A stretch of 28,509 nt of DNA from a virus (lineage: Duplodnaviria > Caudoviricetes): IMG/VR virus record IMGVR_UViG_3300025296_001836, positions 1 to 28,509 of that record; one strand, 5' to 3'. The notes under the pieces were generated by a model, which worked only from the letters and a program-made list of their open reading frames with translations, had not been told where the DNA came from and searched no databases. Each line of letters opens with the position of its first letter. The stretch's first letter is position 1. Positions 1-7,328 of this stretch are shown here, piece by piece. The position numbers were made by a program, and so were the translations under genes.

Positions 1-99
1 CGATACGGTAAGTATAAGAGGGTTATGAACCCTACACTTCAGGACAAGAATCGTACACTATACCGGTGTACTGTTTGTCTCAAGCTGTCGTATAAGTAG
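1..99 (+). CDS. 3' end of a small phage protein with a CxxC motif (partial)
   Basis: Frame 1 is open from the window edge: RYGKYKRVMNPTLQDKNRTLYRCTVCLKLSYK, stop TAG at 97-99. Same strand as the downstream operon. Not in the ORF track. Confidence 0.6.
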   Translation, partial: RYGKYKRVMNPTLQDKNRTLYRCTVCLKLSYK

Positions 100-126
100 T
101 AATGCTGAGCCAGGAAAGGAGGTAGT

Positions 127-207
127 ATCGAGTTTCTAATTGGAGCCACAATTGTTGTAACGGTAGTACTGGCTATGTCGGTACTAAGCAAGACACACGG
201 AGGATAG
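127..207 (+). CDS. Possible 26-aa single-TM peptide with a non-AUG (ATC) start
   Basis: Strong SD AAGGAGGT at 116-123, then ATC-EFLIGATIVVTVVLAMSVLSKTHGG-TAG. The stop ends 1 nt before the next ATG at 209. Confidence 0.3.
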   Translation: MEFLIGATIVVTVVLAMSVLSKTHGG

Positions 208-208
208 A

Positions 209-901
209 ATGACAACGGACTTTGTGACAAGAGCAGATCAGCTAGAGTCCTCAGGAACACCGCTTAGGCGTTTCTGGGGCACGTTCCATGACTACGAGAT
301 TAAGATGGACTCCCGGCAGGAAGGTCGGTATCTCGTAGACTTGAACTTTACCGACATTGAGATCGTACCGTTCCCAGACGACCATGAGTTGTTCCCCGGA
401 GCCAAAGGTTCGGTAACTCCTTATAACTACCCCGTATGCCAGATCAACATGAGGTATAATAAGGGTAGGTCAGGAGGCGTGTCGGACCGGGGCGGTTGGG
501 GAATGTTCCTGCGCTCAATGGAGGAGCAGGGTTTCTTGGACCTCGTTGAGTCCAAGGGGTCTAGGTGGCTTATGGAGGCTGAGGATAACCACCTCTACGG
601 CGAGAACGATGCGGGGGAGGAGATCCGAGGTATGGTCTGGAGCGTTGTCGAGTCGAGTACGAAACCTACAAGCGCGGCAGATAGCAGTAACGGTTCAAGC
701 CTGACAGAGGATGAGCTAAAGCAGCTGCTAAGCCTCATTGATGGGAAGGATCTCAGCGAGTTCTCGCAGGCTGCCCTGCAGGACCCAGTTGGTCGGAAGG
801 TTCAGAGCGAGATATTCAACAACAAGCTTGTGGCAAGCTGGATTAGTGAGGGGTTAGTGGAGCTGGAAGGAGAGACCTACAAAGTCATAGCGGGTAAGTA
901 G
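209..901 (+). CDS. Hypothetical acidic protein, possibly ssDNA-binding (SSB-like)
   Basis: 230 aa with SD GGAGG. Aromatic, beta-rich N-domain, then a Ser/Thr linker and a small helical C-domain. The SSB role is inferred only from its position upstream of the exonuclease and Sak4-like genes. Confidence 0.6.
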   Translation: MTTDFVTRADQLESSGTPLRRFWGTFHDYEIKMDSRQEGRYLVDLNFTDIEIVPFPDDHELFPGAKGSVTPYNYPVCQINMRYNKGRSGGVSDRGGWGMFLRSMEEQGFLDLVESKGSRWLMEAEDNHLYGENDAGEEIRGMVWSVVESSTKPTSAADSSNGSSLTEDELKQLLSLIDGKDLSEFSQAALQDPVGRKVQSEIFNNKLVASWISEGLVELEGETYKVIAGK

Positions 902-910
902 GAGCTGTTA

Positions 911-999
911 GGGCTGCGGCGGTGTGGTGCGACACACAAGGCCTAGAGGTGGACTCTTTAGGAACTCCCAGAGTCGGTTGGAATCCGGCCCGCAGCCCA
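911..999 (+). ncRNA. Non-canonical tRNA-like cloverleaf RNA
   Basis: GGGCTGCGG (911-919) pairs with CCGCAGCCC (990-998). D-like arm GTGTG/CACAC (922-937). Central hairpin CCTAGAG/CTTTAGG (942-962). T-arm GTCGG-TTGGAAT-CCGGC (973-989) stacks directly on the acceptor stem. It fills the gap between two CDSs. Confidence 0.75.
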
Positions 1000-1023
1000 G
1001 TCTCTCAAGTAGGAGTTGGTAGA

Positions 1024-1467
1024 ATGAAACACAAAGATATAACGCCGATGGTCAAGGCGCTATCCGAGGTAAAGTGCCCAGAACCTGGGTGTCCTAACGT
1101 TGAAGGCTTTGATGGTCTATACAATCCAGGCTGCAATACCTGCAACGACACTGGGCGCAAGTATTCCCTGACAGAGCCCTGTCCTGGACTACCCCGACTA
1201 CACGTGGCCTTCGGGCCTATTAAACACCGAGCAGAACCGCATGGCTGCTGCGATGGCTCAGGCACGAGGCTGGTGTCCGAGGAGGTGGCCGCAATTCGCA
1301 TACTGGAATGCTCGAAGCCTGGTGAAGGTATAGCACGCTTACCTAATGGGTGGACTACCGACCTCGGATGGGGAACGATGGCAAATCCTAAGGATACTAC
1401 CGCTACCATAACGATCATTCAAGCAGCCGCCAAGCTAGAAGGAGCCACATATGAACTTCACACTTGA
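1024..1467 (+). CDS. Cys-rich protein with DnaJ-type Zn-finger-like motifs (CxxCxxTG, CxGxG)
   Basis: Start reassigned from GTG 922 to ATG 1024, which has SD AGGAG at 1011-1015. Motifs KCPEPGC, CNTCNDTG and CCDGSG. Confidence 0.75.
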   Translation: MKHKDITPMVKALSEVKCPEPGCPNVEGFDGLYNPGCNTCNDTGRKYSLTEPCPGLPRLHVAFGPIKHRAEPHGCCDGSGTRLVSEEVAAIRILECSKPGEGIARLPNGWTTDLGWGTMANPKDTTATITIIQAAAKLEGATYELHT

Positions 1468-2119
1468 CCCCAGACTACAGCACGAGCTAGAAGACCGCGT
1501 GAGGTCCAAGTACATATCATCTCGAGACGACCTCCATGTGACGGACCTTATTAGGTGCCTAACTGCCACCTATTATGACAAGGTAGATCCTCTACCATTC
1601 GAGGATCAGTCTGTTATGTTCTTTGCGATTGGATTTGCTTTGGAAGAGGTCATGCTTCGTAACGGGGCTGAGAAGCCCCAGGTTGAAGAGGTGGACGGCA
1701 TAGTTATGACTGAGGACTATATCTCACTGTCAGGAAATGTGGGGGTAGACCTAAAGACTACAAGGATGAGGCTGGATAAGGACACAGGCATCCCCACGTA
1801 TGGGTGGCCGGAGTCTTGGATCAAACAGTTCATGGCTTACGCTAGGAAGCGGGGGTCGTTGTACTACTCTGTAGCAGTGATAGAGCTGATAGCTGCTAAG
1901 CTGACGTGTGGAACTTTCACGTTCACGCAGGAGGAGCTGGACGATAACTGGAAGTATATGCTAGAGCGTCGAGATATCTACACGGATGCCATGTTTCAGG
2001 CGGAGCCGCCTGAGTCGTTCAAGTATAATGAGGACTGGGAGTGCAAGAATAAGACTTCCACATGTAGGTATTTGATGAGGTGTCAGCAGAGGCAGAAGAT
2101 AGAAATGGTTAGGCAGTAA
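1451..2119 (+). CDS. Cas4-like PD-(D/E)XK exonuclease (Fe-S type)
   Basis: N-terminal HVTDLIRC, catalytic TEDY...VDLKTT, QxxxY helix (KQFMAYA) and a C-terminal three-Cys cluster WEC...TCRY..RC. This is the 1+3 Cys layout of Cas4/AddB nucleases. Confidence 0.85.
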   Translation: MNFTLDPRLQHELEDRVRSKYISSRDDLHVTDLIRCLTATYYDKVDPLPFEDQSVMFFAIGFALEEVMLRNGAEKPQVEEVDGIVMTEDYISLSGNVGVDLKTTRMRLDKDTGIPTYGWPESWIKQFMAYARKRGSLYYSVAVIELIAAKLTCGTFTFTQEELDDNWKYMLERRDIYTDAMFQAEPPESFKYNEDWECKNKTSTCRYLMRCQQRQKIEMVRQ

Positions 2120-2129
2120 AGGAGCCGCA

Positions 2130-2963
2130 ATGAGTACAAAGCTAGGAATGAGAGAGCTAGATCTAAGTGTAGGTGGGCTACCGCCGGGAGTAGCCGTACT
2201 GGTAGGCCCGCCAGGTACCGTCAAGACTACCACTGCTATGACTTGGCCAGGTAAGGTCATGATCTATGACTTTGACTTGGGAGCCCAACGAGCGTGGAAA
2301 GTTCGCGAGCTTATGGCACAGGGAGTGGTCAAGGTTAAACAGGTGCCAATTCCTGAGAAGTCTATCACTACCCGGTACCAACGGATGGAGGGGTTCAGAG
2401 ATATCTGGCGTGAGTTCACCAAGGACTTCTTCGAGACCTGTGAGAATCCAGAGTATCGCACTATAGTCATAGACACCATGACATATGAGTGGAGCTTGTG
2501 TTGTGATGCTTATTTGGAGGAGCTACAGGACGCTCAGCTAGAAAGAGAGCCTAACAAGAAGGATATACGCCGACAGCTTACGCAAATGGAGTTTCGTGAG
2601 CCTAATGCTAGGCAGAGTACGCTGTTCAGTACTGCCAGAGGCTATGGCAAGTGGCTCATAATGGTCGCGCATGAGGCAGATGACTATGCCGTACTGAAGG
2701 ACCCAGAAGGTCGTGAGGTTAAGGATGAGGATGGTAGGCCTGTAAGCGTAGTTGTAGGGAGTAAGCCTGACGGGTTTAAGCGTACGGTAGGCATGTCAGA
2801 CTGGGTGTTTTGGTTTAGGACCGAGCAGAAGGACGGTGAAGTGCCTGTACCCTTTGCCAAGATATCTAAGTCAGGCTGGGGGATAGATTTAGTAGGCGTA
2901 GAGATGGAGCAGCCGTCGCTGAAGATGCTAGAGGATAGGCTGGTACAGTTGGGGAGGCTATAA
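2130..2963 (+). CDS. P-loop ATPase, Sak4/AAA_24-like phage recombinase
   Basis: Walker A GPPGTVKT, YDFDLG strand, Walker B TIVIDTMT and IMVAHE strand. 277 aa, adjacent to the exonuclease. Confidence 0.8.
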   Translation: MSTKLGMRELDLSVGGLPPGVAVLVGPPGTVKTTTAMTWPGKVMIYDFDLGAQRAWKVRELMAQGVVKVKQVPIPEKSITTRYQRMEGFRDIWREFTKDFFETCENPEYRTIVIDTMTYEWSLCCDAYLEELQDAQLEREPNKKDIRRQLTQMEFREPNARQSTLFSTARGYGKWLIMVAHEADDYAVLKDPEGREVKDEDGRPVSVVVGSKPDGFKRTVGMSDWVFWFRTEQKDGEVPVPFAKISKSGWGIDLVGVEMEQPSLKMLEDRLVQLGRL

Positions 2964-3691
2964 TGAACCTCCTATATGTAGACGTCCATGAGCCTTACGA
3001 GATACTAGAGTTATTGGAGCAGAGCCACAAGACAGTTAGAGCATCTATCAATCCAAGTAAGCCGGACTATGCTTGGACTGATATTAAAGGGTTTGAGAGG
3101 GGTGTTACTCGCAAGCAGATGGGCGAGTTGCTGGGAGACCTTGATGCGTTTGAGGATCAGCTTAACAGAGATATTGCCTCGTGTGACGAGATCACTGCAC
3201 TGTTTGAAGGCGTCGCAGTGCCGACGGGTAGAGGGGCGCAGATATTCAAGAGATCAGCAGACGGCAAGTTCTGGCATCCTTATACAGAGATTCCAAGGCC
3301 TGAAGCTAGACCTCAACCAGGTTTGTGGAAGAGGTTTGAGGGGTTGAGATGGAGCCTTGAGCACGAATGTGGGGTGTCGGTTATTAGCACCGTAGACATG
3401 GAGACATCGGCTCATGCTATAAGTGCGGCATTTCGGCAGAGCATGAAGTCGGAGCACACCACTCTCCAGCGGTATGTTATACCCCATATACCTCCGTTCA
3501 ATATCAACCGGCATGTGGATAACCTGGCGAGGTTGAAAGGTGCGGGTATCGGGGTGGAGAGAGCCAAGAAGTTGATTGCTACTCATAACACTTTCTATGA
3601 CACGGTAGTGGCTCCAGTAATAATGATTGAGAACGACATAGGGGTAGCAGCGACGGAGAAGTTCTTGAGTACATTGGGGAGGTGGGAGTAG
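2963..3691 (+). CDS. ERCC4/XPF-like structure-specific nuclease with C-terminal HhH (putative resolvase)
   Basis: VDVHEP (cf. vDxRE), PDY (cf. GDY), VTRKQMGEL (cf. vERKxxxDl), QL and LFEG motifs, then HhH-like LKGAGIGVERAKKLI. Confidence 0.75.
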   Translation: MNLLYVDVHEPYEILELLEQSHKTVRASINPSKPDYAWTDIKGFERGVTRKQMGELLGDLDAFEDQLNRDIASCDEITALFEGVAVPTGRGAQIFKRSADGKFWHPYTEIPRPEARPQPGLWKRFEGLRWSLEHECGVSVISTVDMETSAHAISAAFRQSMKSEHTTLQRYVIPHIPPFNINRHVDNLARLKGAGIGVERAKKLIATHNTFYDTVVAPVIMIENDIGVAATEKFLSTLGRWE

Positions 3692-4038
3692 TGCAAGAGT
3701 CAGTAGCCTGGTGCTATATATGCAATAGAGAGGTAGCTCCAGATAGCCCGTGCAGTCATGTGGCTGCTACAAGTGAGGCCCAGGTAGCTGAGGCTAAGGC
3801 TCCAAAGCAGAAGTGGAATCGACGGAAGGCTCAGATAGGTCAGCTAGTTGAGATAGTCTATCATAGTAGGCTACAGCTAAGCTTACGAACTCATCTGGGT
3901 CATAAGGGTAGAGTAATGGCAGCTGATCACAGGGCTGTGGGGCCTAGAGCTAATCAGGTTAAGCTGCAGTACTTCATAAACTGCGAGTGCGGGGGAAAGT
4001 TTTGGACTCAAAGCCAGTGCTTTGAATTAGTGGTATAG
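3682..4038 (+). CDS. Hypothetical protein with Zn-ribbon motifs
   Basis: CYIC...CSH at the N-terminus and CECG near the C-terminus. The true start may be GTG 3691. Confidence 0.7.
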   Translation: MGVVQESVAWCYICNREVAPDSPCSHVAATSEAQVAEAKAPKQKWNRRKAQIGQLVEIVYHSRLQLSLRTHLGHKGRVMAADHRAVGPRANQVKLQYFINCECGGKFWTQSQCFELVV

Positions 4039-4048
4039 GACTGTAACT

Positions 4049-4615
4049 ATGGATCTTCACATTGACAAGTACATAGTATTTGACAAGAACACTAGTGCAG
4101 TACTACCATTCTCGGCGGTACTGGTAGACCCTAGAAGTCAACAGTCAATCGACGCTATCTTTACGGAGCCTATTCCTCTGCCAGTATATGTTCCGCCTCA
4201 TACGAGGTGCTTGCTTAGTACTACTGAAGTATTAGATGTACCGGAGGGTGCGGCAGGGTTCGTCACGTTACGGAGTACCTTTGCTCGGTTAGGTTTCATA
4301 TCTCCTCCAACGGTAGCAGACCCTGGGTTTAGAGGTCAGCTGACTATGGAGCTGTTTAACGCCAGTAATCATAAGATACATCTTCAGCCTAACGAGAAGG
4401 TGTGGAGTGTTATACTCGTCCAGCTGGTACCGGGGTATGAAGATATGTATAAGGGGAGGTATCAGGTACAGAAGGGGTTAACACTGCCTAAGGCTTTGGA
4501 GCCTATAGACCCTCTGCCAAGTAGAGGAGCTTATAGGCAGGACCCCAAGGAGTCTATCAGTATACCTAGGACAAGAGCTGACTTACCAGGAGGTGGCTTA
4601 GATGTTCGGAGATAA
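4049..4615 (+). CDS. dcd: dCTP deaminase / trimeric dUTPase family protein
   Basis: LSTTE, LRSTFARLG, PTVADPGFRGQLTMEL and YKGRYQVQKG motifs of the Dcd/dUTPase superfamily. Confidence 0.88.
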   Translation: MDLHIDKYIVFDKNTSAVLPFSAVLVDPRSQQSIDAIFTEPIPLPVYVPPHTRCLLSTTEVLDVPEGAAGFVTLRSTFARLGFISPPTVADPGFRGQLTMELFNASNHKIHLQPNEKVWSVILVQLVPGYEDMYKGRYQVQKGLTLPKALEPIDPLPSRGAYRQDPKESISIPRTRADLPGGGLDVRR

Positions 4616-5396
4616 CAGAGAGCGGAACGATCAAGGATGGTTGATATATCCTAACGACAAGAACTATCGGAGTCAGTACTTCGTACACTGGAGTGAGGTA
4701 CTGGAAGCTGACCATCCTGCTAAGGCTAACCTCCATCTAACAGAGGATCTCATATTGTACACGGCGATGGTAGGCCAGCGAGTCATGGATATTAACTCTG
4801 GCAGTGGAAGTATTCTTATAGGAGCTGCTCATAATAGGCTAGTTACTTCTGTAGAGATAGCTCCTCACTTCGTCGAGTGGCAGAGGAGGTCACTAGCACG
4901 TATGGTTAAGAGGGGACAGACTAACGCTAACCATTATATACTGGAAGGTAATTGTGAGGACCTATTACCTCTAGAGGCTGACTCTATAGTATTCAGCCCT
5001 CCATACTCCAAAGCCATGAACGCTGAAGTCACCAGTGGTATACTCTCCAGAGATACACAGCTGGCTGCAGGAATGGAGGCCTACCGTCATGATCCTAAGA
5101 ACCTGGGTAATCTAGACAACTTCCTATATAACAGGACTATGCAACGGATATACCAGTTATGTTTTGAGAGTCTGCCTAGTGGAGGTAAGCTCAGCCTGTT
5201 GATTAAGGATAGGATATCCAAGGGAGGCAGGATAGACCTTGGCCGCCCAGCAGTTAACATGATGGGCAAGATAGGGTTTGAAGTCTTCGAGTGGCATAGA
5301 TGGCATACTCCTGGCAGCATGTTTACTAAGATACACCAGTCCAAAGGGCGCCGAGTTGTTGAGGATGAGCATATCATCATTATGGAGAAGCCGTAA
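4602..5396 (+). CDS. DNA amino-methyltransferase (SPPY type, probably N4-cytosine)
   Basis: HPAK, SAM-binding motif I VMDINSGSGS, VEI, catalytic motif IV IVFSPPY and terminal EHIIIMEK. No cognate restriction gene recognised. Confidence 0.85.
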   Translation: MFGDNRERNDQGWLIYPNDKNYRSQYFVHWSEVLEADHPAKANLHLTEDLILYTAMVGQRVMDINSGSGSILIGAAHNRLVTSVEIAPHFVEWQRRSLARMVKRGQTNANHYILEGNCEDLLPLEADSIVFSPPYSKAMNAEVTSGILSRDTQLAAGMEAYRHDPKNLGNLDNFLYNRTMQRIYQLCFESLPSGGKLSLLIKDRISKGGRIDLGRPAVNMMGKIGFEVFEWHRWHTPGSMFTKIHQSKGRRVVEDEHIIIMEKP

Positions 5397-5647
5397 TGGA
5401 ACACACAGACGTACCTATGGTTCATGTTGATAAGTCTGGGATAGAGGTGTCTCGAGACTCTATAAGGTTAGACCTTGCTACCTTTGACGGGGTGGCTGGA
5501 GTTGTAGTTTATATGCCTCACACGTCAGCGAAGAGGCTAGCCATGCTAATGAGGAGAACACTTAAAGATTTTGAGCGAGAGCACGAGGTTATCATTGTTA
5601 GAGACGACGAGTTAAAGCACATGGACGTGGCTAGGGAGGATTGGTGA
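5396..5647 (+). CDS. Small hypothetical protein (weak DUF3467-like pattern)
   Basis: 83 aa, coupled to the MTase gene by TAATG. VYMPHTSAKRLAMLMRRTLKDFE resembles the MsPxxAKxLxxxL pattern as I recall it. Confidence 0.65.
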   Translation: MEHTDVPMVHVDKSGIEVSRDSIRLDLATFDGVAGVVVYMPHTSAKRLAMLMRRTLKDFEREHEVIIVRDDELKHMDVAREDW

Positions 5648-5663
5648 TGGACAAGTATTTAGC

Positions 5664-7310
5664 ATGAGGGCTCACTTTGGTACCCACCCCAATGCAGCCC
5701 AACTATGGCAGGATACTACAGGTAATCACCCTCCAGTGATTGCTATTGATACTGAGACTGTCAGTCTAAAAGACCGTACACTATTGGGTGTAGGTATAGC
5801 CGTATCACCAAGTGACGCCTTCTATGTGTCGGTAGGAGACCCCTCATTCCAGGAAGTTATAATACTTCTACAGAACCCATATGTAGTTAAAGTACTCCAT
5901 AACGCTCTCTATGATATAAGAGTTCTCAGACCTTGGGGTATAGACGTCACTCTAGTTGAAGACACTGCGATTATGACGAGGCTGATAGGACTAGGTGGAG
6001 TGCTGGAAGAAGCCTCATTCTATGTGAAGACTACTGCTCGCTCGGCCGGCGACGTAATAGATAGTCACGGCGTTAGCACAATGGCGGAGCTGCCGGATAG
6101 TGTGATTGCTGAGAAGTGCTGCGAGGATACACTAGCCACATTTCAGCTGTATGAGAAGTTCAAGGATGAGGTACCACAGAAGGTCTACCAGCTAGATAGA
6201 AGGGTTATACCTTTGCTAGAGAAGGTTAGCTCTAAAGGTATCCGAATAGACCAGGATAGGCTAGAGCATATTCGGAAGTACTACCAACGCGAGTACTCCT
6301 ACTACACGGCTGTAGCAGATGGTATAGGGTTCAACCCTAGTAAGTCGTTTGAGGTGGGCTATATACTCAGTGAGATGGGTGAGTTTTTGCCGTTGACCAA
6401 GAAAGGTCGGCTAAGTACGGACGAAAATGTACTGCGAGGAGTTAGATCTCCTAAGGCTATTCCAATAGCTCAGCTGACACTATTATTTCGCAGAGCCCAG
6501 AAGATGTTAGGGACGTATCTGTTGCCGCTCAAGGATCAGGACCGAGCTTTCACCATGCTGCATATGAACGCTGTGACAGGAAGGATTAACGGTACGAGCG
6601 CGGGAAGTAATAACCTAGATAGGGGGTTGCTTAACCTCCCTAAACGAGCGGACTTGGGTAAGCCTGAGGATTTAAAGTATCGAGGAGTGTTCATACCTAA
6701 CGGGACGAGGCTTACAGAAGCCGATGCTAACCAAATTGAGTTAAGAGTTCTCGCTCACCTATCGGGTGATAAGCGCATGCAGTGGGTGTTCGCCAACGAC
6801 GGGGATTTACACTCTGATGCTGAGATGGCTATATGGGGGAGTAGAGGTACACGTAGAGATTTTGCTAAAGTGTTCAACTATTCCGTGGCATATAATGCTG
6901 ATGTGCAGGCTATAGCCGACGGGATAGAGAGTACTGACCTAGTGAGGGTAGCTGCTGAACGGCGCAAGTGGTTGGACACTTATACTGGGGCAGCTTCCTG
7001 GATGAATAGCCAGATGATTGAGGGGCCTAGGCAAGGATATGTGGAGTCAGCGCTTGGCCGTAAGATGTGGCTGCCAACGGATAGGGAAGAGAAGCACGTG
7101 CTTAATTGCAGTATTAACTGGCCTATCCAGACTTTTGCGGCCGAGATATTCAAGATGTGTATACTGGAGTGTGAGTATCTGGTAGACTGGGCGCTGCTAT
7201 ATATTCATGATGCTCAGCTGTACGAAGGGAAGGTGCCTATTCCGGACCTTAGTAGTGTAAGTGAGGTTCATGTTCCTTGGGAGTCTAAGGTAGGAGATAG
7301 GTGGAGCTAG
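5664..7310 (+). CDS. polA: Family A DNA polymerase (3'-5' exonuclease plus polymerase, no 5'-3' exonuclease)
   Basis: ExoI IAIDTET, ExoII HNALYD, STDENVL, TGR, motif A DANQIELRVLAHLSGD, motif B RDFAKVFNYSVAY, NWPIQ and motif C IHD. Confidence 0.95.
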   Translation: MRAHFGTHPNAAQLWQDTTGNHPPVIAIDTETVSLKDRTLLGVGIAVSPSDAFYVSVGDPSFQEVIILLQNPYVVKVLHNALYDIRVLRPWGIDVTLVEDTAIMTRLIGLGGVLEEASFYVKTTARSAGDVIDSHGVSTMAELPDSVIAEKCCEDTLATFQLYEKFKDEVPQKVYQLDRRVIPLLEKVSSKGIRIDQDRLEHIRKYYQREYSYYTAVADGIGFNPSKSFEVGYILSEMGEFLPLTKKGRLSTDENVLRGVRSPKAIPIAQLTLLFRRAQKMLGTYLLPLKDQDRAFTMLHMNAVTGRINGTSAGSNNLDRGLLNLPKRADLGKPEDLKYRGVFIPNGTRLTEADANQIELRVLAHLSGDKRMQWVFANDGDLHSDAEMAIWGSRGTRRDFAKVFNYSVAYNADVQAIADGIESTDLVRVAAERRKWLDTYTGAASWMNSQMIEGPRQGYVESALGRKMWLPTDREEKHVLNCSINWPIQTFAAEIFKMCILECEYLVDWALLYIHDAQLYEGKVPIPDLSSVSEVHVPWESKVGDRWS

Positions 7311-7328
7311 ATAATAGGAGGTACTAAC

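Noticed and set aside
911-999. Canonical tRNA-Ser(GGA), tRNA-His or tRNA-Sec
   Set aside because: C at position 8, G56, a 7-bp anticodon-position stem with a non-standard loop, no long variable arm, no UCA anticodon and no properly placed GUG. Kept as a tRNA-like ncRNA instead.
922-1023. GTG-initiated N-terminal extension of the 181-aa ORF in the track
   Set aside because: It overlaps the tRNA-like structure and has no good SD, whereas ATG 1024 has AGGAG at suitable spacing.
1451-2119. CRISPR-Cas system suggested by the Cas4-like gene
   Set aside because: No cas1/cas2 or other cas genes and no repeat-spacer array seen. Solo Cas4-like nucleases are common in phage replication modules.
5647-5667. 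Mini-ORF MDKYLA bridging the 83-aa gene and polA
   Set aside because: Only six codons. It could aid translational coupling, but there is no evidence of function or of a frameshifted polA N-terminus.
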